Positions 19,279 to 26,305 are shown, counted from the first letter of the stretch. The stretch: DNA of 32,000 bases from Trichlorobacter lovleyi SZ (GCF_000020385.1 NC_010814.1:2700001-2732000); one strand, 5' to 3'. Program-made: numbers and translations. Notes: generated by a model from the sequence alone, not told the origin.

Positions 19279-19608
19279 ATGCAGCATCACTCCATGCGCA
19301 ACCTGTTGGCCGGTCTCAGTATCACCACACTCATTGCCGGTATGGCATCAGTCTCAGCTGCCGAGACGGCGCCGGCAGCTCCTGCAGAAAACGGAAAGCC
19401 GGCCACAGAGTCGGGCCCCAGCGGCTGCGGCGGCATGAAAAAGTGCCCCAAGTGTGCTAAACATACAAGCGATGGTGCCAGTGGCTGCGGTGGGGCCATG
19501 AAGCAGCCGCAAGCAGAGCAACCTGCCCCGCCCAAAGGGGCCAGCGGCTGCGGTGGAGCATCCGGCTGCGGTGGCGGAACAAAGCCTGCCACGCCTCCCA
19601 AGCAATAA
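19279..19608 (+). CDS. sbtA: Cys-type precursor peptide of the SbtA (thio(seleno)oxazole RiPP / GeoRSP) family
   Basis: 109 aa. AAAGGA RBS 7 nt upstream. Hydrophobic signal-like leader MRNLLAGLSITTLIAGMASVSAAE. Low-complexity Pro/Ala/Gly/Lys-rich core with four S-G-C-G-G motifs (Cys50, 70, 91, 97) plus CPKC. Paralogous to the Sec-containing gene at 19848-20189 and upstream of an rSAM/SPASM enzyme. Confidence 0.8.
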   Translation: MQHHSMRNLLAGLSITTLIAGMASVSAAETAPAAPAENGKPATESGPSGCGGMKKCPKCAKHTSDGASGCGGAMKQPQAEQPAPPKGASGCGGASGCGGGTKPATPPKQ

Positions 19609-19676
19609 ATCGAACATGACGATTTGACAACCGAACTACTATTGCTAAAATCACTTGCAGGCGGTGTAGCCACCGC

Positions 19677-19828
19677 CCTAACAGGGCTGTAAAAAACGTA
19701 ATGAGGAAGGCCGGATACCAGACGCACGGAACACAGTGACTGAGACATAACAACCAGTTAGTCGAAGGAGCGAGTACCGCGCAACGCCGTAGACAGCCTC
19801 CGGAATAGTTTTTCAAAGCCCTGTTAAA
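19677..19828 (+). repeat. Copy A of a ~150-nt noncoding repeat with a long closing inverted repeat (REP/MITE-like or structured RNA)
   Basis: Gap-free 125-nt core (19692-19816) aligns by hand to 26316-26440 with 19 mismatches. TAACAGGGCT (19679-19688) is complementary to AGCCCTGTTA (19817-19826), and the helix extends to about 19 bp with 2 mismatches. Confidence 0.65.
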
Positions 19829-19847
19829 TCCACGCAGGAGGTTTGCT

Positions 19848-20189
19848 ATGGAGAAGGACCGGTTGAAGTCCATCCTGGCAGGAATGGGCATCGCCAGCCT
19901 CGTTGCAGGCATGGCGGTTGTTCCGTTCAACGCTCAGGGCGCGAGTGGTTGAGGCGGCAAGGAGGGTGCCGGGAGCACCCCGAAGAAGGAAGCCGGCACA
20001 AGTGGCTGAGGCGGTAAGAGCGGCGCCGGGAGCGCCGAGACCCCCAAAGACAAAGATGGCAAGCAGACCCCGGATGACAAGAAACCTGCAGAGAGCAAGC
20101 CTGCAGAAAAACCGGCTCCAAAGCCGGGCGGCAGCGGCTGAGGTTCAAGTGGTTGAGGCGGCTCAACCGGCGCCGGGAGCGCCAAGTAA
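19848..20189 (+). CDS. sbtA: Selenocysteine-type SbtA-family precursor peptide with four in-frame UGA (Sec) codons
   Basis: ATG 19848 with AGGAGG (19836-19841) 6 nt upstream. In-frame TGA at 19950, 20007, 20139 and 20154; TAA stop at 20187-20189. Translation with U for TGA: MEKDRLKSILAGMGIASLVAGMAVVPFNAQGASGUGGKEGAGSTPKKEAGTSGUGGKSGAGSAETPKDKDGKQTPDDKKPAESKPAEKPAPKPGGSGUGSSGUGGSTGAGSAK (113 aa). Each U occupies the Cys position of the SGCGG motif of the upstream paralogue. The leaders are homologous, and hairpins follow each UGA. Confidence 0.8.
19964..19980 (+). promoter_or_regulatory. SECIS-like hairpin 1
   Basis: GGGTGC-CGGGA-GCACCC (6-bp stem, 5-nt loop). It begins 11 nt after UGA-1 (19950-19952). 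Confidence 0.55.
20021..20037 (+). promoter_or_regulatory. SECIS-like hairpin 2
   Basis: CGGCGC-CGGGA-GCGCCG. It begins 11 nt after UGA-2 (20007-20009). Same loop as hairpin 1; the stem sequence differs but base pairing is preserved. Confidence 0.55.
20151..20168 (+). promoter_or_regulatory. SECIS-like hairpin 3 (candidate)
   Basis: GGTTGA-GGCGGC-TCAACC (6-bp stem, 6-nt loop). It begins 9 nt after UGA-3 (20139-20141), and its 5' arm contains UGA-4. Different loop from the other three, so less certain. Confidence 0.4.
20169..20183 (+). promoter_or_regulatory. SECIS-like hairpin 4
   Basis: GGCGC-CGGGA-GCGCC. It begins 12 nt after UGA-4 (20154-20156), with the same loop and register as hairpins 1 and 2. 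Confidence 0.55.
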
Positions 20190-20345
20190 AAGATCACGAT
20201 AGTTGTATGACCGGGCGGCAGGGTACACTCATCTCTGTCGCCCGTTGCTTAGACCAACCACCTATTTTTCAGGAGGCCCGCCATTTTCCCCACGACCCGA
20301 AAACTGCTGGGACAGGATGCCTGGAATCGTCTGATCGGCAAATCC

Positions 20346-21842
20346 TTGCATGAGCTTGATCCGGAAACCGTGCCCGCCCAGCTGGAAAAGGTGGCCGGCC
20401 TGACCCACCCGGAATGGTTGCCGGATCTGGCCCGGCTGGAGCTGGGCTGTCACCGGGCCATGAATATTCCGCTGCCCCAGCCAGAAGAGCTGCAGACCCT
20501 GACCATCAACCCCTCATTGCAACTGCTACCGGTTCCCTGGACACATCTGCTGACCCTGCTGACCTTTGGCAAAAAGCAGGATATGGAACGGGTTGAGCCG
20601 GGTGAAGAACTGGTGCTGATCTGGTCTGATCCGACAAACAGGAATCTGCGATTTGAAACGGCCCTGCCGGACCACCTGCTGGCATTGAAGATGGTGACCG
20701 AAGGGATAACCCCGGAGGAGGCGGCACAACAGGCAAACCAGCCGATTGCACTGTTCGATGCCGTGCTGTGGGATGCTGTGCGCAAAGGGGTCCTGCTGGC
20801 ACCGCTGTCGCGTCTGCGCCGTACCCCGGCGATTGCATCACAGGCGGTTGATAATCGTTTCGTTGCAGCCGAGGTGTTCACCCTGCAATGGCATCTGACC
20901 CAGAGTTGCGACCTGTCCTGCAAGCATTGTTACGACCGCAGCCAACGGGCAGCCTTCCCGTTTGACCGCGCCGTCACATTGATGCAGGAGCTGCGCGATT
21001 TCTGCTGGAGCCGCTTTGTACGACCCCAGGTTTCATTCAGCGGCGGCAATCCACTCCTGCATCCGGATTTCTACCGGATCTATCAGGCGGCAGCTGACCA
21101 CGGCCTGATGACCGCCATCCTCGGGAACGCCACCGAACGCAGCAACATTGAACGGCTAATGGCGATCCAGCGTCCGGTCTACTATCAGGTCAGTCTTGAA
21201 GGGCTGGAAGAACATAACGACAGCATCCGGGGAGAAGGCAACTTCAAACGGACGATTGCATTTCTTGAAATGTTGACTGAGCTGGGGGTGCCCAACATGG
21301 TGATGCTGACCCTGACCAGGAACAATCTTGATCAGGTGATCCCGTTGGCTGCAGTTCTGGAGGGTATTACCGGCGGATTGACCTTCAACCGCCTGGCCCT
21401 GTTCGGTGAGGGGGCGCGGCTGGCGCTGCCCACCCGTGAGGAATACAAGGCATTTCTTGAGCAGTATGTGGCAGCCATGCCGACCCACCCGGTGCTGGCA
21501 CTGAAAGACAGTCTGCTCAACGTAATCTACGATGACCGGGGCGAACCGTTGTTCGGCGGCTGCGCCGGATTCGGCTGCGGTGCCGCTTTCAACTTCATTG
21601 CCATCCTCTCCGATGGTGAGGTGCATGCCTGCCGAAAATTTCCTTCTCCCATCGGCAACATCCTGAAGCAGAGCCTTGAGGAGGTCTACAACGCTGAAAC
21701 GGCAGCACGTTATCGGGATGGTTCAACCGCCTGTCACGGCTGCAAACTGAAACCGGTCTGCGGTGGCTGCCTGGCGGTAACCGCCAGTTTTGGCCATGAT
21801 CCCCTGACCAGCAAAGACCCTTACTGCTTCAGGACAAAGTGA
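20346..21842 (+). CDS. sbtM: Radical SAM/SPASM peptide maturase of the SbtM (thio(seleno)oxazole modification) family
   Basis: CxxxCxxC cluster motif CDLSCKHC (nt 20907-20930). C-terminal SPASM-type Cys-rich region (GCAGFGCGAA..., CRKF, CHGCKLKPVCGGC). About 165-aa N-terminal extension precedes the rSAM core. Immediately follows two SG[C/U]GG precursor genes. The ORF-track start is a TTG at 20346; the true start may be upstream (see findings). Confidence 0.88.
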   Translation: MHELDPETVPAQLEKVAGLTHPEWLPDLARLELGCHRAMNIPLPQPEELQTLTINPSLQLLPVPWTHLLTLLTFGKKQDMERVEPGEELVLIWSDPTNRNLRFETALPDHLLALKMVTEGITPEEAAQQANQPIALFDAVLWDAVRKGVLLAPLSRLRRTPAIASQAVDNRFVAAEVFTLQWHLTQSCDLSCKHCYDRSQRAAFPFDRAVTLMQELRDFCWSRFVRPQVSFSGGNPLLHPDFYRIYQAAADHGLMTAILGNATERSNIERLMAIQRPVYYQVSLEGLEEHNDSIRGEGNFKRTIAFLEMLTELGVPNMVMLTLTRNNLDQVIPLAAVLEGITGGLTFNRLALFGEGARLALPTREEYKAFLEQYVAAMPTHPVLALKDSLLNVIYDDRGEPLFGGCAGFGCGAAFNFIAILSDGEVHACRKFPSPIGNILKQSLEEVYNAETAARYRDGSTACHGCKLKPVCGGCLAVTASFGHDPLTSKDPYCFRTK

Positions 21843-23032
21843 TCCACCACCCAGGCTGCAAAGGGGAAGCTGCAGGTAAAGGCCGGCGACACGGCATTCA
21901 GCACATGGATGCTGTGCCGGTCTCCTTCCACCACAAAATCCTGCACCAGCTCTTTGGTAGCGGTATTCAGTAGCTGGGCGCGGATACCCGGCTTGCTCCA
22001 CTGGTTGAAACCGGCGGTATTGATCTGCTTCACCATTTTCGTGGCCAGACCGGTAAAATAGCTACGGTCGTACTTCTTTAACTCAGACAGCGCCAGAGAA
22101 CGAAAGCCGAAGTTATCCCCCAGAAACAGGCGCGACTCCCAGCCGAGTATCTCCAGTAGTTCCCCGAGCCGGAAATGCTCCAGACCGGCATAGTTCTGGC
22201 GCCAGAAGGCCGGTATGGCAGTGGGGCCGATCTTGATCGTCCCATCCACCGTCACCGTATAATGAACCCCCAGAAACGGATTCTTCAGATTGGGCACCGG
22301 ATAGATGTTGGTGCGGATCGGTTTGTCCGTACCGGTGTATTTCAGGTAGATCCCCTTGAACGGGATAATGGTGTAGTGCTGTGAAAAACCGTAGTCACGG
22401 GCAACGGTATCGGCATACAGACCGGCGGCATTGATGGTCAGACCGGCCTCCAGCACCAGACCACCGGTTGTCAGAATGGCCGCATCCCCCTGACGTTTCA
22501 GATATCCCTGGCCAAACAGAAAACGGACACCGGCCGCCTCAAGATCGTCTTTCAGGGCATGACAGACCTGGCCCGGATCAACCGTGGCCGTAGTGGGGGA
22601 ATAGAGGGCGATCCCGGTGGTCTTTGCGTTGGGATCGATCTCGGCCAGCTCCTGTTCGTCGATGATCCGCACATCCACGCCGTTCCGCTCACCGCGACGC
22701 TGCAGTTCCTGCACCCCTTCAATCTCATTCAGATCCGAGGCGACAACGACCTTGTGGCACCGGTTGATTGCCAGGCCGCGGCCTGTAACGTAGTCGGTCA
22801 TCATCCGGTTGCCTTCACGGGTAAAACGGGCCTTCAATGAATCAGCCGAATAGTAGAACCCGGCATGCAGTACCCCGCTGTTGCGGCCACTGCCGTGAAA
22901 GGCCACGTCTGCTTCCTTGTCGATCACCAGGATGTCGGCCGCAGGAAAACGGTTCTTCAGCTCACGGGCCAGGGCCAGGCCGATAATCCCGGCCCCGATG
23001 ATCAGGTAATCGCAACGTTGCTGGTTGCTCAC
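21821..23032 (-). CDS. lhgO: FAD-dependent L-2-hydroxyglutarate oxidase/dehydrogenase family
   Basis: 403 aa from GTG. Dinucleotide-binding [15 protein letters not shown]. Colinear similarity (from memory) to E. coli LhgO/YgaF: [46 protein letters not shown]. Confidence 0.85.
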   Translation of the reverse strand: MSNQQRCDYLIIGAGIIGLALARELKNRFPAADILVIDKEADVAFHGSGRNSGVLHAGFYYSADSLKARFTREGNRMMTDYVTGRGLAINRCHKVVVASDLNEIEGVQELQRRGERNGVDVRIIDEQELAEIDPNAKTTGIALYSPTTATVDPGQVCHALKDDLEAAGVRFLFGQGYLKRQGDAAILTTGGLVLEAGLTINAAGLYADTVARDYGFSQHYTIIPFKGIYLKYTGTDKPIRTNIYPVPNLKNPFLGVHYTVTVDGTIKIGPTAIPAFWRQNYAGLEHFRLGELLEILGWESRLFLGDNFGFRSLALSELKKYDRSYFTGLATKMVKQINTAGFNQWSKPGIRAQLLNTATKELVQDFVVEGDRHSIHVLNAVSPAFTCSFPFAAWVVDHFVLKQ

Positions 23033-23616
23033 AGTTGCACCGGATACTGTCTGGAAAGTTTGAGAAAGTTATCCAGCAGCTCCATGCCGCCTTCGGTCAG
23101 GATCGATTCAGGGTGGAACTGCACCCCCCAGACCGGCAGGTCGCGGTGACGCAAGCCCATGATCTCGCCGTTATCCACCCAGGCGGTCATTTCCAGACAG
23201 TCCGGCAGGGTTGCACGTTCAACCACCAGCGAATGGTAACGGGTGGCATTGAACGGGTTGGGCAAACCGCTGAACAGCTCCTTGCCGTCATGGTGGATCG
23301 GTGAGGTCTTGCCGTGCATCAGGGAGACACTGCGCACCACTTTGCCGCCAAAGGCAGCGCCGATGGACTGATGCCCCAGACAGACCCCCAACAGCGGTAT
23401 CTTTCCGGCGTACTCCTTGATAGCCGCCACCGAGATACCCGCCTCTTCCGGAGAACAGGGGCCGGGCGAAACCACGATCCGGTCAGGCCGTAGCCCGGCA
23501 ATATCGGCAACGCTGATTTCATCATTGCGCACCACCTTCACCTCCTCACCCAGCTGTGCCAGGTACTGGACAATATTGAAGGTAAACGAGTCATAATTAT
23601 CGATCATTAAAAGCAT
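23029..23616 (-). CDS. trpG: Anthranilate/aminodeoxychorismate synthase glutamine amidotransferase component II
   Basis: Start set to ATG 23616 (GGAG 6 nt upstream) rather than GTG 23628. [19 protein letters not shown], catalytic GVCLGHQ and FHPES motifs of class-I GATase TrpG/PabA. Confidence 0.85.
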   Translation of the reverse strand: MLLMIDNYDSFTFNIVQYLAQLGEEVKVVRNDEISVADIAGLRPDRIVVSPGPCSPEEAGISVAAIKEYAGKIPLLGVCLGHQSIGAAFGGKVVRSVSLMHGKTSPIHHDGKELFSGLPNPFNATRYHSLVVERATLPDCLEMTAWVDNGEIMGLRHRDLPVWGVQFHPESILTEGGMELLDNFLKLSRQYPVQL

Positions 23617-23650
23617 GGCAGACTCCACTATCTAGTAAACTGATAATACA

Positions 23651-25939
23651 CTAACTCCGGACCCGAAATCCTGATTTTTTCAGGGCGCTCAGATCAAGGC
23701 CGCCTGTTGTACTCTTTGGTTCCTGTTTTGGCTGGGCAGCAGGAGATGCGGCTTTACGCACCGCTGCACCGCCGGGCTCAGACTCTTTGATGGATAAGGC
23801 GATCCGCTTGCGCTGCGGATCAGCAGACAGCACCTTGACCTTGACCACCTGCCCCACCTGTACCGCATCATTGGGGTCCTTGATAAAACGGTTGGCCAGG
23901 TGGCTGACATGCACCAGACCGTCCTGATGCACCCCGATATCCACAAAGGCGCCAAAGGCGGTTACATTGGTCACCACCCCCTGCAGGATCATCCCTTCCT
24001 GCAGGTCACTGATCTCACGGATATCATCCCTGAAATCAGCGGTCTGGAACTGCTGGCGCGGGTCACGGCCCGGCTTTTTCAGTTCCTCCAGAATATCCCG
24101 CAGGGTCGGCAATCCAACCTGATCACTGACGTACTTCTTCAGGTCGATCTTTTCTGCCAAGGCAGGAGTTTTGGCCAGCTCTTCGAGGGAGACTCCCAGA
24201 TCTTTGGCCATCTGTTCCACCAACGGGTAGCGTTCCGGGTGGACTGCAGAGTTATCCAGGGGATGTTTCCCGCCACGGATACGCAGGAATCCGGCAGCCT
24301 GTTCAAAGGCCTTGGCACCAAAACGGGAGACCTTCAGCAGACCTTTGCGGGAACTGAACGGACCGTTTTCATCACGATGCCGGGCGATGGCCTTACCCAG
24401 GGCAGGCCCTACCCCGGCCACATAGGACAACAACGCCCAGGAGGCGGTGTTGAGATCCACCCCCACGTAGTTAACCCCGGATTCCACCACCTCATCCAGA
24501 CTCTTCTTCAACATGGCCTGATTGACATCGTGCTGATACTGCCCCACGCCGATGCTCTTGGGGTCGACCTTGACCAGCTCTGCCAGCGGGTCCTGCAGAC
24601 GGCGGGCAATGGAGATCGCACCCCGCACAGTCAGGTCCAGCTCAGGAAACTCCTCCCGGGCAATCTCCGAGGCAGAATAGATACTGGCCCCGGCCTCACT
24701 GACCATCACCACCGGCAGATGTTTACCCGCCTTGGCCAGGGTCTCTTTGGTGAACAGTTCCATCTCCCGCCCGGCAGTGCCGTTACCGATGGCGATCATC
24801 TCAATTCCGTGGGCCTCCACCAGCCGCAGCAGGTCTGCTCTGGCCTGATCCACCCGACCGGCGCCGGTGTGGGGATAGATGGTGACATGCTCCAGAAACC
24901 TGCCGGTCTGATCCACCGCTGCCAGCTTGGAACCGGCCCGCAGACCTGGATCGATCCCCAGCACCCGCCTGCCCCCGGCAGGTGGGGCCAGCAGCAGGTT
25001 CTTCAGGTTTTTTGCGAAAATGGCAATGGCCGCCTCATCAGCCAGATCCTTGGCCTGTAACCGCAGTTCAACTTCAATGGAAGTGGCGATCAAACGTTTG
25101 TAGGCATCCTCAGCCACCGATTCCAGCCAGGGTTTGAAGACACTCTCGCCCTTGATCAGACGATGCTTGAGGCCAGCCAGAATCTCGGCCTGGGGCACCT
25201 GCAGGGAAAGCCGCAGCACCTCTTCCTTTTCACCCCGTCGCATAGCCAGCATCCGGTGGGAAGGGATCTCCTTCAGCGGTTCCTGATAATCATAGTACAT
25301 CTCAAACTTGGTGACCTGCTCCTTCTTGTCCGATGCAACCTTGGTGACCATGACCCCCTGTTCCCAGGTCAGGCGGCGCACCATGGCCCGGCAATCGGCA
25401 TCATCAGCCAACCGCTCGGCCAGGATATGCCCGGCCCCTTCCAGGGCAGTCTCAGGTGTGGGGACCTCCTTTTCATGATCAACAAACGGGGCTGCTGCCT
25501 CCAGGGCGCTGCCGCTGGTCAACTCCTGGGCTGCCATCAGATCGGCCAGCGGTTCAAGTCCCCGTTCCTTGGCAATGGTGGCCTTGGTACGACGCTTGGG
25601 TTTGTACGGCAGATAGAGATCTTCCAGTTCGGTCTTCTGGCGGGTCGCCTCGATACGGGCCTGCAGTTCAGGGGTCAGCTTACCCTGTTCATCAATCGAG
25701 GCCAGAATGGTCTGACGCCGGGCCTCCAGTTCCGTGAAATAGGCCAGCCGTTCCTCAATCGTACGGATCTGCACCTCATCCAGCTCGCCGGTCTGCTCCT
25801 TGCGGTAACGGGCTATAAAGGGGACCGTGGCCCCTTCCTGCAGCAGGTTGACGGTGTTGCTGATCTGACCCTGCCTGAGCCCGGTCTCTTCGGTAATGAT
25901 TTTTTCTATCGCTGCAAGCTGTTGCTGATTCAATGCCAT
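23651..25939 (-). CDS. tex: Tex-like transcription accessory protein (YqgF/RNaseH-like, HhH and C-terminal S1 domains)
   Basis: 762 aa. N-terminal TVPFIARYRKE motif, central RuvX/YqgF-like GIDPG...IAIGNGTA, and C-terminal S1 domain GMILQGVVTNVTAFGAFVDIG. Confidence 0.92.
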   Translation of the reverse strand: MALNQQQLAAIEKIITEETGLRQGQISNTVNLLQEGATVPFIARYRKEQTGELDEVQIRTIEERLAYFTELEARRQTILASIDEQGKLTPELQARIEATRQKTELEDLYLPYKPKRRTKATIAKERGLEPLADLMAAQELTSGSALEAAAPFVDHEKEVPTPETALEGAGHILAERLADDADCRAMVRRLTWEQGVMVTKVASDKKEQVTKFEMYYDYQEPLKEIPSHRMLAMRRGEKEEVLRLSLQVPQAEILAGLKHRLIKGESVFKPWLESVAEDAYKRLIATSIEVELRLQAKDLADEAAIAIFAKNLKNLLLAPPAGGRRVLGIDPGLRAGSKLAAVDQTGRFLEHVTIYPHTGAGRVDQARADLLRLVEAHGIEMIAIGNGTAGREMELFTKETLAKAGKHLPVVMVSEAGASIYSASEIAREEFPELDLTVRGAISIARRLQDPLAELVKVDPKSIGVGQYQHDVNQAMLKKSLDEVVESGVNYVGVDLNTASWALLSYVAGVGPALGKAIARHRDENGPFSSRKGLLKVSRFGAKAFEQAAGFLRIRGGKHPLDNSAVHPERYPLVEQMAKDLGVSLEELAKTPALAEKIDLKKYVSDQVGLPTLRDILEELKKPGRDPRQQFQTADFRDDIREISDLQEGMILQGVVTNVTAFGAFVDIGVHQDGLVHVSHLANRFIKDPNDAVQVGQVVKVKVLSADPQRKRIALSIKESEPGGAAVRKAASPAAQPKQEPKSTTGGLDLSALKKSGFRVRS

Positions 25940-26047
25940 ACTGGATAATTCCTTAACACTGGGTAGAAGGGATCAACTGAAAAGGTAATAAGCCTATCTA
26001 TTCAGGTGACAACGGCGTACTGTGAACAGATCAGACAAGGAGAAACC

Positions 26048-26305
26048 ATGATTATCAAAACAGGAGCCGTCGTCATTCATCCCGGAGCAGCTGCATGGGG
26101 CGTTGGTAAAATAACCGAGGTGGCAGCCCTGAAGGCAACCATTCAGTTCAGTGACGGCATCATCAGGAAGATCGCCTCTTCCCATTATGCCAGCCTGCGC
26201 CCCGGTGATCCGGCCGACTTTGTAGCCTTGGTGGAAAGCGCACCGGTTGAAAAGGTCCGCGCCCCCCCCAAACGGACAAAGAAAGTTAAAGAGCTGGCGG
26301 CCTAG
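26048..26305 (+). CDS. Small DUF3553-like protein
   Basis: 85 aa from ATG 26048 (AAGGAG 5 nt upstream; the ORF-track start at 26006 lacks an RBS). The motif VIHPGAAAWGVGKITEV...IQFSDG resembles the HP..WG.G core of DUF3553 proteins (recollection). Basic C-terminal tail. Confidence 0.5.
   Translation: MIIKTGAVVIHPGAAAWGVGKITEVAALKATIQFSDGIIRKIASSHYASLRPGDPADFVALVESAPVEKVRAPPKRTKKVKELAA

Noticed and set aside
19420-19580. Short GGCTGCGG[CT]GG direct repeats that could superficially resemble a repeat array or CRISPR
   Set aside because: The repeats are in-frame codons for the SGCGG peptide motif. Spacing is irregular and far too short for CRISPR spacers, and no cas genes are present.
19701-19739. 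Mini-ORF inside the repeat (MRKAGYQTHGTQ in copy A; MRKHGYKAHGAQRLRHNR in copy B, 26325-26381)
   Set aside because: The apparent peptide conservation only reflects about 85% nucleotide identity. The 19 substitutions are not concentrated at third positions, the stops fall at different places, and there is no RBS.
19287-20202. ORF-track entries overlapping the precursor genes (19287-19748 minus, 19457-19930 minus, 19903-20202 plus, 19934-20197 minus, 19927-20166 minus)
   Set aside because: These are wrong-frame or antisense readings of low-complexity GC-rich repeats. The frames with RBS, signal-like leaders and SG[C/U]GG periodicity are 19279-19608 and 19848-20189.
23900-25948. 386-aa and 261-aa plus-strand ORFs (23900-25060, 25163-25948)
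   Set aside because: Antisense shadows of the tex gene. No motifs, no RBS, and a skewed Gly/Leu/Gln/Pro composition.
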